64,000 bases of DNA from an uncultured Chryseobacterium sp. GTDB lineage: Bacteria; Bacteroidota; Bacteroidia; Flavobacteriales_D; Sanyastnellaceae. Each line of letters begins with the position of its first letter. Positions within the stretch are counted from its first letter, which is position 1. Positions 17,567-27,171 of this stretch are shown piece after piece. The position numbers and the translations under genes are program-made. Location of the stretch: positions 47,546-111,545 of the forward strand of contig CAYQUT010000002.1 in NCBI GenBank assembly GCA_964420985.1, written 5' to 3'. The notes beneath the pieces were generated by a model that was not told where the DNA came from, made no database searches, and worked only from the letters and a program-made list of their open reading frames with translations.

Positions 17567-18706
17567 TTACAACGTCCCTCTTCTTTCCTGCTCACGTTCT
17601 ATGGATTCAAACAAAGCTTTGAAATTTCCTTTTCCAAAACTTTTGGCTCCTTTTCTTTGAATGATCTCAAAGAACATGGTTGGACGGTCCAAAACAGGTT
17701 TGGTGAATAGTTGAAGCAAATATCCTTCATCATCACGATCAATCAAGATACCCAATTCTTTCAACGGAGCAAGGTCTTCGTCGATTTGACCAACGCGATC
17801 CAAAACGTCATCATAATAGGATGGAGGAACGTATAAAAATTCAACACCTCCAGCCTTCAGACGCTTGACTGTCTCAATAATGTTCTCAGTTGCTACTGCA
17901 ATATGTTGCACGCCTGCGCCATTGTAAAAGTCAATGTATTCTTCGATTTGACTTTTTTTACGTCCTTCAGCAGGCTCATTGATTGGAAATTTAATTCGAC
18001 CATTTCCATTGGCCATAACCTTACTCATAAGTGCAGTGTACTCTGTACTAATGTCTTTATCATCAAAACTGACCAACTGGGTGAATCCCATTACTTTGGC
18101 ATAAAAGTCAACCCAAGTATTCATTTCATTCCAACCAACATTGCCCACCATATGGTCTATGTAAAGCAGTCCTGCATCAGTGGCTTTAAAATCTGGATTC
18201 CATGCTTGGTAACCAGGAAGGAAAATACCATTGTAGTTTTTTCTTTCAATAAAGTAATGCAAGGTCTCACCATAGGTGTGAATGGCTGAAACTACTACTT
18301 CTCCTTCATTGTCTTTCATTACAACTGGCTCCATGTTGCTCTTGGCGCCGCGTTGAGTAGTTTGTTCCCAGCTATATTTGGCGTCATCAACCCAAAGGGC
18401 AACAACTTTAACACCATCTCCGTGTGCGTTGATGTGTGCGTTGATGGGTCCATCTTGTTGCAAAGGAGAGGTCAATACCAAACGGATTTTATCTTGCTCC
18501 AGCACGTAGGAAACCCTGTCCTTAAGTCCAGTTTCCAATCCAGCATAAGCAACAGGTTGGAATCCCCAGGCACTCATGTAATAATGAGCTGCTTGCTTGG
18601 CATTGCCCACGTACAATTCAACATAGTCTGTACCTAAAATGGGCAAAAAGTCTTGCGCTTCAGCAAAGACCTTTTCTAGTTTTAATGAGGTAGTATCTGT
18701 TATCAT
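17567..18706 (-). CDS. hppD: 4-hydroxyphenylpyruvate dioxygenase
   Basis: 379 aa. Two VOC-fold halves and the conserved C-terminus FFEIIQRKGAKSFGKGNFKALFESIEREQERRG. Confidence 0.92.
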   Translation of the reverse strand: MITDTTSLKLEKVFAEAQDFLPILGTDYVELYVGNAKQAAHYYMSAWGFQPVAYAGLETGLKDRVSYVLEQDKIRLVLTSPLQQDGPINAHINAHGDGVKVVALWVDDAKYSWEQTTQRGAKSNMEPVVMKDNEGEVVVSAIHTYGETLHYFIERKNYNGIFLPGYQAWNPDFKATDAGLLYIDHMVGNVGWNEMNTWVDFYAKVMGFTQLVSFDDKDISTEYTALMSKVMANGNGRIKFPINEPAEGRKKSQIEEYIDFYNGAGVQHIAVATENIIETVKRLKAGGVEFLYVPPSYYDDVLDRVGQIDEDLAPLKELGILIDRDDEGYLLQLFTKPVLDRPTMFFEIIQRKGAKSFGKGNFKALFESIEREQERRGTL

Positions 18707-18709
18707 AAT

Positions 18710-19870
18710 TTATTTTTCTAACCAAGATTGTACATAATTGTCTAAGCTCCATGCCACGGCCTCTTGTGTCAATTTTAGGGGTTTGAAAGTGTCCACCATA
18801 ACGGCCAATTCCAACGTTTCTTTTTGGCCAATGCTTCTTTCGTATGCCCCTGGATGAGGCCCGTGGGGGATACCGCCTGGATGCAAACTTAAAAACCCTT
18901 TTTCCACATGGTTTCTGCTCATAAAATCACCGTCTACATAGTACAAAACTTCATCGGAATCAATGTTGCTGTGATTATAAGGCGCAGGGATGGATTGTGG
19001 ATGATAATCATAGAGTCTGGGACAAAATGAACAGATGACAAAATTGTGCCCCTCAAATGTCTGATGAATGGGAGGTGGCATGTGCACTCTTCCTGTGATG
19101 GGCTCAAAGTCATGAATGGAAAAAGCAAAGGGATAATTGTAACCATCCCATCCAGCTACATCAAATGGATGGCTGGCGTAAACTAGGGTGTGAAGAACGC
19201 CTTGTTTTTTGATTTTCATCGTGAATTCACCAAGCTCGTCATGGGTTTCAAGATCTTGAGGTCTCCTGATATCTCGTTCGCAAAACGGAGAGTGTTCGAG
19301 TAATTGTCCAAATTCATTGCGGTACCTGTGAGGAGTAACGATGGGACTGAAACTGTCTATAATGAGCAAACGATTTTCTGGAGTGTCGAATTCAATTTGG
19401 TAAATCATTCCTCTGGGAATAACCAAATAATCGCCGTAGCCAAAAGTTAAGTTACCCAATAAGGTTCTTAGTTTGCCCGTTCCTTGATGAACAAAAATCA
19501 CTTCATCCGCGTCGGCATTCTTATAAAAATAAGAAGACATGGTTGATGTAGGAGCAGCCACGCTAATGTGCAAATCGTTGTTAAACATAACAACTTTCCT
19601 GCTCTCCAAAAAGTCGGCTGTAGGAGCAGCCTGAAACCCTTTGATCATGTATGGGCTTATGTTTTTGTCAACAGCCGCAATAGGTTGAACATTCTGAGCG
19701 TGGCCAATGGATTTGATCATTGTAGGGCGATGCACGTGGTACAACAGTGACGCTGTTCCGCTAAATCCTTCAGTGCCAAAAAGCTGCTCGTAATGAATTC
19801 CTCCAGAAGCTTTTGGAAACACCGTATGTCGTTTGTGGGGGATGGACCCTAATTGATGATAGATGGGCAT
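18710..19870 (-). CDS. hmgA: homogentisate 1,2-dioxygenase
   Basis: 386 aa. Family-typical segments (YHQLGSIPHKRHT, GFSGTASLLYH, ...HPGGIPHGPHPG). Lies 3 nt upstream of hppD on the same strand. Confidence 0.9.
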   Translation of the reverse strand: MPIYHQLGSIPHKRHTVFPKASGGIHYEQLFGTEGFSGTASLLYHVHRPTMIKSIGHAQNVQPIAAVDKNISPYMIKGFQAAPTADFLESRKVVMFNNDLHISVAAPTSTMSSYFYKNADADEVIFVHQGTGKLRTLLGNLTFGYGDYLVIPRGMIYQIEFDTPENRLLIIDSFSPIVTPHRYRNEFGQLLEHSPFCERDIRRPQDLETHDELGEFTMKIKKQGVLHTLVYASHPFDVAGWDGYNYPFAFSIHDFEPITGRVHMPPPIHQTFEGHNFVICSFCPRLYDYHPQSIPAPYNHSNIDSDEVLYYVDGDFMSRNHVEKGFLSLHPGGIPHGPHPGAYERSIGQKETLELAVMVDTFKPLKLTQEAVAWSLDNYVQSWLEK

Positions 19871-19885
19871 GAAAAATTATTTTGT

Positions 19886-19893
19886 CAAATGTA
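19886..19893 (-). promoter_or_regulatory. candidate -7 promoter box (TACATTTG on the - strand) for hmgA-hppD
   Basis: The reverse complement of caaatgta is TACATTTG, 15 nt upstream of the hmgA ATG. Confidence 0.35.
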
Positions 19894-19925
19894 AAGTTTA
19901 GGTTTTTGCAATCAACTGACGATTA

Positions 19926-20360
19926 TCAATCTTTTTGATCATTCGAATTGATTTCAATCCTCGGTGGCTCCACCATATCGTCTACAATAAAAGAAGAGGG
20001 TATTTCTTTGCGAACCTCTTTTAAAGCCTCACGTGCTTCTACTTTGGAGAGGTAATTCCCCAAGCGCAAAACATGGTCAGGTATATTTTGGGAAAGGTAA
20101 ACCAATGCACCAGGATGATTGAAAATATAGTCCTGTCGGAATTTTTTTGCGTCATCCAAACTACCGATGAAAATTTGAATCCTGTAGCCCGGCTGTTCGG
20201 ATAGCTTTCTTGATTTTAATTCCAATTCCTGAACAGATGAGGGCACTTTCCACGTAACATAACCCGAATTTGTTTCATAAGACAAATTGGGCTGTGATTT
20301 GGCAGGTTGAAACAAAAACCACAACACAAGAACACAAATTATTTTGCATTTTTCAGTCAT
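19926..20360 (-). CDS. SPOR-domain (peptidoglycan-binding) secreted protein
   Basis: Signal peptide (MTEKCKIICVLVLWFLFQPAKSQ) and a C-terminal SPOR-like segment GYRIQIFIGSLDDAKKFRQDY...YLSQNIPDHVLRLGNYLSKVEAREAL. Confidence 0.6.
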   Translation of the reverse strand: MTEKCKIICVLVLWFLFQPAKSQPNLSYETNSGYVTWKVPSSVQELELKSRKLSEQPGYRIQIFIGSLDDAKKFRQDYIFNHPGALVYLSQNIPDHVLRLGNYLSKVEAREALKEVRKEIPSSFIVDDMVEPPRIEINSNDQKD

Positions 20361-20528
20361 GTTTCAAAGGTAGTTTTTTTTCACTTAGCTTAGTTCATAT
20401 CCGTTAAAAAAAGACACAAAGCGCACAAAATCAGCACTCTGTGAAATCTTGTGAAAACATTTTTATTTAGAATCATTTTAAATTAGAAAAATGCGTCTCA
20501 TGACAGTTCTATGATATACGTCTGTGGT

Positions 20529-20536
20529 TATTTTTG
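20529..20536 (+). promoter_or_regulatory. candidate -7 promoter box (TATTTTTG) for the act operon
   Basis: Matches TAnnTTTG, 39 nt upstream of the ATG at 20576. No -33 TTTG seen. It overlaps the track's TTG start at 20534, which argues against that start. Confidence 0.3.
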
Positions 20537-20575
20537 CGCTTGATTCCAAATTGGAAAAATTGTAAAATCCTAGAA

Positions 20576-21973
20576 ATGACAGGCTTTTCGAAAAGATTTT
20601 TTAGACTACTCATCGCCGCGGTGTTGATGGTAGGAATGAGTGCTCAGCAAGCTTACGCCTCTATTCACGAGGGTGGTGACGCTGCAAATGGTGAAAAATT
20701 GTTCAAGGCAAATTGTGCATCTTGTCACAAGATTACAGAGGAGGTCCTTGCAGCACCAGGTTTAAAGGGTATTGACCAACGCTGGGCGGGGAAAGACGCT
20801 TTGCTGATCAAGTGGATTCAGAATCCACAAGCAGCGGCAGGTTCAGGAGATCCCTACATCAAAGGTTTGGTAGATAAGTACGTCCCCCAATTTGGATGGA
20901 TGGCCGCGCAAGCTGTTGATGAAGGAGAGATCAAAGACATCATGGCCTACGTCAAGTCAGGCGGTGGTTCAGGTGGTGGCGATAAAAATGCTGCAGCTGC
21001 CTTGGCCGAAAAATGCCCAACAATTAATGACAAGATTGCTGCAGAATTTGAAGGTGAAAATGACAACAGTACCACCATTTGGTTGATTATTGTTGGAGTC
21101 ATTTTGGCCATCATTGGAGCCTCTGCTGCTAACATTTCCAAGTCATTGAAACAGGCTGTTCATGAGCGTGATGGCTTGGCTCCTGTTGAAGATAAAACCT
21201 ATTGGCAATCTGCTAGGTCATGGATGTGGACCAACAAAAAGTTTGTTGGCATTATTGGACTTTTCATCTTTTTGTATCTTGGCGTGGTAGGTTACCAAAA
21301 GTTATATAGAATCGGCATTAACCAAGGCTATATGCCTGATCAACCAGTATGGTTCTCTCACAACATTCATGCATGTCAAAATGAGATTGATTGTCAATAC
21401 TGTCACTCTTCAGCCTCCAAGTCAAAGCATGCTGGTATTCCCTCAGTGAATATTTGTATGAACTGTCACAAGGGGATTAAAAAAGGTGCTATTTCAGGCG
21501 AAAAAGAAATTGCTAAGATTTATGCAGCAATCGGTTTTGATCCTGCTACAGGGCAATACATTGACAATTATGAGCAGAAGCCTATCCAGTGGAATAAAGT
21601 TCACAATTTACCAGATCACGTAAACTTCAATCATAGCTTGCACGTTACTGGAGCCAAGTTGGATTGTAAACAATGCCACGGTCCTGTTCAAACATATAAT
21701 GTGGGTCGTTTAGCCCCTGTGGAAGAAATCAACGCACAAGAAGACGTTGTTGGTTTAATCAAATTAACCAAGCCAACATTGACCATGGGGTGGTGTATCG
21801 AGTGTCACAATAAGGCAAATATTGATTTGGCAAGTTCTGACTATTACGAAGAAATGCACAAGCGATTCAAATCATCAGCGGTTGGAAAGCGCACCTTGAA
21901 AGACATCATGGAAGATGGCGAGGTAACCGTGAAAGAGATGGGCGGATGGGAATGTGGTAAGTGTCACTATTAA
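20576..21973 (+). CDS. actA: alternative complex III subunit ActA: pentaheme cytochrome c with an additional N-terminal monoheme cytochrome c domain
   Basis: Six CXXCH motifs: CASCH (N-terminal domain) plus CQYCH, CMNCH, CKQCH, CIECH and CGKCH. A signal peptide follows the ATG at 20576 (MTGFSKRFFRLLIAAVLMVGMSAQQAYA). Two internal hydrophobic helices. First gene of the actABCDEF order. Confidence 0.88.
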   Translation: MTGFSKRFFRLLIAAVLMVGMSAQQAYASIHEGGDAANGEKLFKANCASCHKITEEVLAAPGLKGIDQRWAGKDALLIKWIQNPQAAAGSGDPYIKGLVDKYVPQFGWMAAQAVDEGEIKDIMAYVKSGGGSGGGDKNAAAALAEKCPTINDKIAAEFEGENDNSTTIWLIIVGVILAIIGASAANISKSLKQAVHERDGLAPVEDKTYWQSARSWMWTNKKFVGIIGLFIFLYLGVVGYQKLYRIGINQGYMPDQPVWFSHNIHACQNEIDCQYCHSSASKSKHAGIPSVNICMNCHKGIKKGAISGEKEIAKIYAAIGFDPATGQYIDNYEQKPIQWNKVHNLPDHVNFNHSLHVTGAKLDCKQCHGPVQTYNVGRLAPVEEINAQEDVVGLIKLTKPTLTMGWCIECHNKANIDLASSDYYEEMHKRFKSSAVGKRTLKDIMEDGEVTVKEMGGWECGKCHY

Positions 21974-21991
21974 TTTTTAGGATCTACGAAC

Positions 21992-24900
21992 ATGAGTAAC
22001 AATAAAAAATATTGGACCAGCTTGGAAGAATTCAGCAATCGCGAATCTTTCCAAGAAGCAGTTTCTCACGAGTTTGCTCCTGCAAGCAACGGATTGAATG
22101 CTTTTGCTGATGAAAAATTATCAAAAGCCAATACAGGACGTCGTGACTTCTTAAAGTTCATGGGTTTCAGTGTTGCTGCAGCAACATTAGCGGCTTGCGA
22201 AGCGCCCGTAGTGAAAAGTATTCCCTACGTTGTGAAGCCCGAGGATATCACGCCTGGTATCCCTAATTTCTATGCAACCACCTATTATGATGGTTCAGAT
22301 TACGCCAATATTCTAGTGAAGACACGTGAAGGTCGTCCAATCTTTATCAAAGGTAATAAGTCATACGGGTTGGGCAATGGGGCAATTAATGCGCGCATCA
22401 ACGCCTCTGTATTGGAGATTTATGATGAGGATCGTTTAAAAGGCCCAAAAGCAGGTTCAGCAGACATCACTTGGTCTAACTTAGATAAAGAGATGCTAGA
22501 GTTGTTGAATGCAGCTCAGAATGTGAGAATTATCTCCAATACCATTGTTAGTCAAACGACGAAGAACGCAATCAATGCGTTTGCCAACAAATACTCAGGT
22601 AAAGTAAAACACATTCAATATGATGTGGTTTCTTACTTTGGTATGACCAAAGCCAATCAAGAGGCTTTTGGTAAAGCCGTTGTCCCACAATACAATTTTG
22701 AGAAGGCTCAAGTTATTGTCAGTGTTGCTGCTGATTTCTTGGGTTCTTGGTTAACTTCCAATCTTTATCAAGGGGCATACGCCAATGGTCGCCGTCCGGA
22801 AAATGGAAACATGAGCAAACATTACCAGTTTGAGACAACGATGTCTTTGACAGGTTCCAATGCCGATGTTCGTGTAGCCATCAAGCCTTCTCAAGAAGGT
22901 CAGGTTCTGGCGGCAATTTACAACGCATTAAACGGAGCGAAGGCACAAGTGGAAGGCATCGAGTCTTCAGTTTTCACCAAGATGGCGGCTGAGTTGAAAG
23001 CCAACGCTGGTAAATCATTGGTTGTTGCTGGAAGCAATGATGCGGATGCTCAAAAAGTAGCGATTGCCATTAATCAGATGTTGAACAACTATGGTTCAAC
23101 CATTGATATGACCAACCATTTGAATCTGTTTGCGGGTAATGATGCCGAAGTGGAGGCGTTGGTAGCTGAGATGAACAATGGTTCGGTTGATGTTTTGATT
23201 GTTCACGGTAGTAACCCAGTTTATAATTTAGCTCACCTGAATTTTGGTGCAGCCATGTCCAAAGTAAAGACCAAAGTTTCAACTGCTTTGTTTGCAGATG
23301 AGACAGGCGCTTTGTGTAATTTCTTGGCACCAGACCATCATCAATTGGAATCATGGGATGATTTGAGTGCAGTAGTGGGTAGAACGGATTTGGTTCAACC
23401 TACCATCAACCCGCTTTATAACACCAGATCTGCTGGTCAGAACTATTTAGCTTGGTCAGGTAGCAATACCAGTTACTACGATTATCTAAGAACTACATTC
23501 AATGCCGGTTATACACCAGCAATGATGGAATCAGACTCTAACTGGTACACAGCTGTTCACAATGGTACTTTTGCGGCTAACACAGCTCCTGCTGTTGAGG
23601 CAGTGGATTTTGCTACAGCATCAGCCATGGCAGCAGTTGCTACTGCATTGCCAACGGCAACAGCTTCAGTTTCTTCTGTGAATGAAAGCTTGTCAAAGAT
23701 TTCTAGTAAGAAAGGTGGCAAGTGGGAAATGTCATTGTACACGTCAGTGAATCTTGGTTTAGGTAACCATGCCAATAATCCTATGTTGCATGAGACTCCA
23801 GATCCGATTACCAAAGTAACCTGGGACAATTATGTTGCCATGGCACCTGCGGATATGGAGGAAATGGGGTTGAATTTGTACATCGGAGAACAAGAGGAAT
23901 CATCCTTAGTAAAGGTAGTAGCCAATGGAAAGGAAATTGTTCTTCCAGCTGTAGCAACTCCTGGTCAGAAGAGAGGTACATTGAGTATCGCTCTGGGTTA
24001 TGGACGTGGAGCCAATGATGAAGTGATTGGAAAGGCGGCTTATCAGGTGGATGGTGATGGTGATTACATCATGGATGGCGAAAAGCGCATGACCATTGGT
24101 AAAAACGCTTTCGCATTGATTAACAAAGGAATCTATGCTGCATATGATGTGAGCATTGAAGATACCAAAGAAAAATATCCAATGGCCTCTACACAGTTGC
24201 ATAGCACTGTGATGGGTCGTGACTCTGTTGTAAAAGAAACAACTTTAGCTGCTTACTTGAAAGAGAAATCAGCCGAGAAAGGAAAAGCTTCATGGAATAC
24301 AGCCAATACTTTGCCTGTTCATCATGACGTAAATGGTGATGGAGAAATCACAGCCAAGGGTGACCGCGTTCCTGTGAGAGAAATGGATTTGTGGGCTGAT
24401 CATCCTGTAGAGAATGTTGGACACCGTTGGGGAATGACCATCGACTTGACGAGTTGTATTGGTTGTGGTGCGTGTATTACTGCTTGCCACACTGAGAATA
24501 ACGTTCCAGTGGTAGGTAAAGATGAAGTTCGTCGTCACCGCGATATGCATTGGATGCGCATTGACCGTTACTTCACTTCCGATTTTACAACATTAGAAGA
24601 GACTAAAGAAAACAAAGGTTTGGGAACCATTGCTGCTTACGGCGATATGGAAATCCCAACAGAAAATCCCCAAACTGTTCACATGCCTATGATGTGTCAG
24701 CACTGTAACCATGCTCCTTGTGAGACGGTTTGTCCAGTTGCCGCTACAACACATAGCAATGAAGGCTTGAACAATATGGCTTACAATCGTTGTATCGGTA
24801 CACGTTATTGCGCCAACAACTGTCCATATAAAGTTCGTCGCTTCAATTGGTTCAATTATGTAACCAATGACAAGTTTGCGAAATTTAATCCATCTCAAGA

Positions 24901-25228
24901 CGAAACCATGCGTATGGTCTTGAACCCAGATGTTACAGTTCGTACACGTGGGGTAATGGAGAAATGTAGCATGTGTCAACAGCGCATTCAGGCAGGTAAG
25001 ATTGAATCCAAGAAGCGTGGTGAAGTTGTAGCAGATGGTGCGATTGTTACAGCATGCGCTGAAGCTTGTCCTACACATGCCATCGTGTTTGGTGACTTGA
25101 ATGACACGGCCAGCGAAAACACTGCACGTTCTAAGAACAACCGTTCTTACCATGCACTTGAAGAGGTAGGTATTCAACCCAATATCTACTACATGACAAA
25201 AGTTAGAAACATTGAAACCGAAGCATAA
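21992..25228 (+). CDS. actB: alternative complex III subunit ActB (molybdopterin-oxidoreductase-like domain fused to a 4Fe-4S ferredoxin domain)
   Basis: 1078 aa. Tat-type motif GRRDFLKFMGFS. C-terminal Cys clusters CIGCGACITAC, CQHCNHAPCETVCP, CIGTRYCANNCP and CSMCQQR...CAEACP. Confidence 0.92.
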   Translation: MSNNKKYWTSLEEFSNRESFQEAVSHEFAPASNGLNAFADEKLSKANTGRRDFLKFMGFSVAAATLAACEAPVVKSIPYVVKPEDITPGIPNFYATTYYDGSDYANILVKTREGRPIFIKGNKSYGLGNGAINARINASVLEIYDEDRLKGPKAGSADITWSNLDKEMLELLNAAQNVRIISNTIVSQTTKNAINAFANKYSGKVKHIQYDVVSYFGMTKANQEAFGKAVVPQYNFEKAQVIVSVAADFLGSWLTSNLYQGAYANGRRPENGNMSKHYQFETTMSLTGSNADVRVAIKPSQEGQVLAAIYNALNGAKAQVEGIESSVFTKMAAELKANAGKSLVVAGSNDADAQKVAIAINQMLNNYGSTIDMTNHLNLFAGNDAEVEALVAEMNNGSVDVLIVHGSNPVYNLAHLNFGAAMSKVKTKVSTALFADETGALCNFLAPDHHQLESWDDLSAVVGRTDLVQPTINPLYNTRSAGQNYLAWSGSNTSYYDYLRTTFNAGYTPAMMESDSNWYTAVHNGTFAANTAPAVEAVDFATASAMAAVATALPTATASVSSVNESLSKISSKKGGKWEMSLYTSVNLGLGNHANNPMLHETPDPITKVTWDNYVAMAPADMEEMGLNLYIGEQEESSLVKVVANGKEIVLPAVATPGQKRGTLSIALGYGRGANDEVIGKAAYQVDGDGDYIMDGEKRMTIGKNAFALINKGIYAAYDVSIEDTKEKYPMASTQLHSTVMGRDSVVKETTLAAYLKEKSAEKGKASWNTANTLPVHHDVNGDGEITAKGDRVPVREMDLWADHPVENVGHRWGMTIDLTSCIGCGACITACHTENNVPVVGKDEVRRHRDMHWMRIDRYFTSDFTTLEETKENKGLGTIAAYGDMEIPTENPQTVHMPMMCQHCNHAPCETVCPVAATTHSNEGLNNMAYNRCIGTRYCANNCPYKVRRFNWFNYVTNDKFAKFNPSQDETMRMVLNPDVTVRTRGVMEKCSMCQQRIQAGKIESKKRGEVVADGAIVTACAEACPTHAIVFGDLNDTASENTARSKNNRSYHALEEVGIQPNIYYMTKVRNIETEA

Positions 25229-25237
25229 TAAAATCCT

Positions 25238-26617
25238 ATGTTAAAAGAAGCTTCTATCCGTCAACCCCTCATCTTAGGTCACAAGACCTATCATGACATC
25301 ACGAAGGACATCTGTGGACCCATTGAAGGGCCTGCTCCACGTGAATGGAAAATTGCTATCACCATAGCCGCAATCATTGCCATTTATGGTATAAGCTGTA
25401 TTGCCTACCTTGTGGGAACCGGTATCGGTGCATGGGGTTTGAACAAGACAGTAGGTTGGGCATGGGACATCACCAACTTCGTTTGGTGGGTGGGTATCGG
25501 TCATGCTGGTACTTTGATCTCTGCGGTATTGTTGTTGTTCCGTCAGCGTTGGAGAATGGCGATTAACCGTTCTGCTGAGGCGATGACCATCTTTGCGGTA
25601 ATCATGGCGGCCATATTCCCCGTGTTTCACATGGGTCGTGTTTGGATGGCTTATTGGACTTTGCCTTTGCCTAACCAATTTGGATCACTATGGCCCAACT
25701 TCAACTCAGCTTTGATGTGGGACGTATTCGCAATTTCAACCTACTTCTCAGTATCACTGGTTTTCTGGTACATTGGTTTAATTCCAGATTTTGCCACCAT
25801 TCGTGATAGAATGGTGAAGCCAGGCATGAAACGATTCTATAGCATCCTTAGTTTTGGGTGGTCTGGTAGAGCTAAAAACTGGACTCGTTTTGAAGAGGTT
25901 TCTTTGGTATTGGCAGGTATTGCCACACCTTTGGTATTCTCTGTTCACTCTATTGTATCCATGGACTTTGCTACCTCGGTAGTACCTGGATGGCATACTA
26001 CCATCTTCCCTCCTTATTTCGTATCTGGAGCAATTTTCTCGGGATTCGCAATGGTATTGACATTGTTGTTGATCATGCGCAAGACCATGAATTTAGAGGC
26101 TTACATTCACGTGAAGCACGTGGAATACATGAACATTGTAATTATCGTTACAGGATCAATTGTAGGGGTTGCTTACTTGACGGAGTTGTTTATTTCATGG
26201 TATAGCGGAGTAGAGTATGAGGCTTACGCCTTCATCAACCGTTTCTCTGGTCCATACAGTTGGTCGTATTGGATGATGATGACGTGTAACGTTATCAGTC
26301 CTCAATTGTTCTGGTTCAAGAAAATCAGAACCAATTTAGCCGCAACATTCGTTTTGTCTATCGTTGTGAATATCGGTATGTGGTTCGAGCGTTTTGTAAT
26401 CATCGTTACTTCAATTCACAGAGATTATGTACCCGGTGCTTGGGGTGAGTTTCACCCATCTGGAATTGATGTGGGTATGTTCATAGGAACCATTGGAATC
26501 TTCTTCACTTTGTTCTTATTGTTTGCCCGATACTTCCCGGTGCTAGCTTTGAATGAATTGAAAACCATCTTGAAGATGAGCGGTGAGTCTTACAAAAAAG
26601 AAGCAGAAAAACACTAA
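25238..26617 (+). CDS. actC: alternative complex III subunit ActC (NrfD/PsrC-like quinol-interacting membrane subunit)
   Basis: 459-aa polytopic membrane protein immediately after actB. NrfD-like helix pattern. Confidence 0.88.
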   Translation: MLKEASIRQPLILGHKTYHDITKDICGPIEGPAPREWKIAITIAAIIAIYGISCIAYLVGTGIGAWGLNKTVGWAWDITNFVWWVGIGHAGTLISAVLLLFRQRWRMAINRSAEAMTIFAVIMAAIFPVFHMGRVWMAYWTLPLPNQFGSLWPNFNSALMWDVFAISTYFSVSLVFWYIGLIPDFATIRDRMVKPGMKRFYSILSFGWSGRAKNWTRFEEVSLVLAGIATPLVFSVHSIVSMDFATSVVPGWHTTIFPPYFVSGAIFSGFAMVLTLLLIMRKTMNLEAYIHVKHVEYMNIVIIVTGSIVGVAYLTELFISWYSGVEYEAYAFINRFSGPYSWSYWMMMTCNVISPQLFWFKKIRTNLAATFVLSIVVNIGMWFERFVIIVTSIHRDYVPGAWGEFHPSGIDVGMFIGTIGIFFTLFLLFARYFPVLALNELKTILKMSGESYKKEAEKH

Positions 26618-26635
26618 TTGGTATAAAATACAACC

Positions 26636-27169
26636 ATGGCAAATAAAGTATTTCACGTAATGTACGATGACGACCAGAAGTTAATGGATGGAGCTCGTGC
26701 GTTGGTTGCAAAAGGAATTCGTGTAAAAGACGTATTCTCTCCTTTTCCAGTTCACGGATTAGATCCTGTAATTGGTGTTAAGCGTACACGTTTGGCAATA
26801 GCCTCATTTATGTATGCCTCTACCGGAACAGCTTTGGCGATTTTGGGGACTTGGTATTTCATGATTCACGATTGGCCAATGAATATAGGTGGTAAGCCCA
26901 GTTTTTCTTGGATTGAAAATGCACCTGCTTTTGTTCCAATTATTTTTGAATTTTCAGTCTTTTGTGGTGCACACGGAATGGTGTTGACCTATTTGTTGCG
27001 CAATGGAACTTTACCAGGCATGCCAGCTAGTAATCCAGACCCTAGAACCACTGATGATAAATTTGTCATGGAAATTACCACTGATCAAAACAGTGGTATG
27101 TCAGAGTCCGATATCGAGGCTTTGATCAACACAACAGATGTTTATGAATTAAGCATAAAGAATTATTGA
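26636..27169 (+). CDS. actD: alternative complex III subunit ActD (DUF3341)
   Basis: 177 aa. A soluble N-terminus plus two TM helices. Position in the operon. Confidence 0.8.
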   Translation: MANKVFHVMYDDDQKLMDGARALVAKGIRVKDVFSPFPVHGLDPVIGVKRTRLAIASFMYASTGTALAILGTWYFMIHDWPMNIGGKPSFSWIENAPAFVPIIFEFSVFCGAHGMVLTYLLRNGTLPGMPASNPDPRTTDDKFVMEITTDQNSGMSESDIEALINTTDVYELSIKNY

Positions 27170-27171
27170 TT

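Noticed and set aside
17567-19870. hppD-hmgA could be an accessory catabolic or pigment island.
   Set aside because: It is an ordinary two-gene step of tyrosine catabolism with its own promoter box and terminator. It has no mobility genes or flanking repeats. The absence of downstream maleylacetoacetate and fumarylacetoacetate genes in the window is uninformative.
20534-20575. The track gives N-terminal extensions at alternative start codons here. The same occurs at 57380, 53535, 49213, 44975, 43501 (-) and 37130 (-).
   Set aside because: The extensions precede clear signal peptides or conserved N-termini. They overlap neighbouring genes or candidate promoter boxes and begin at TTG/GTG, whereas an in-frame ATG gives the family-typical start.
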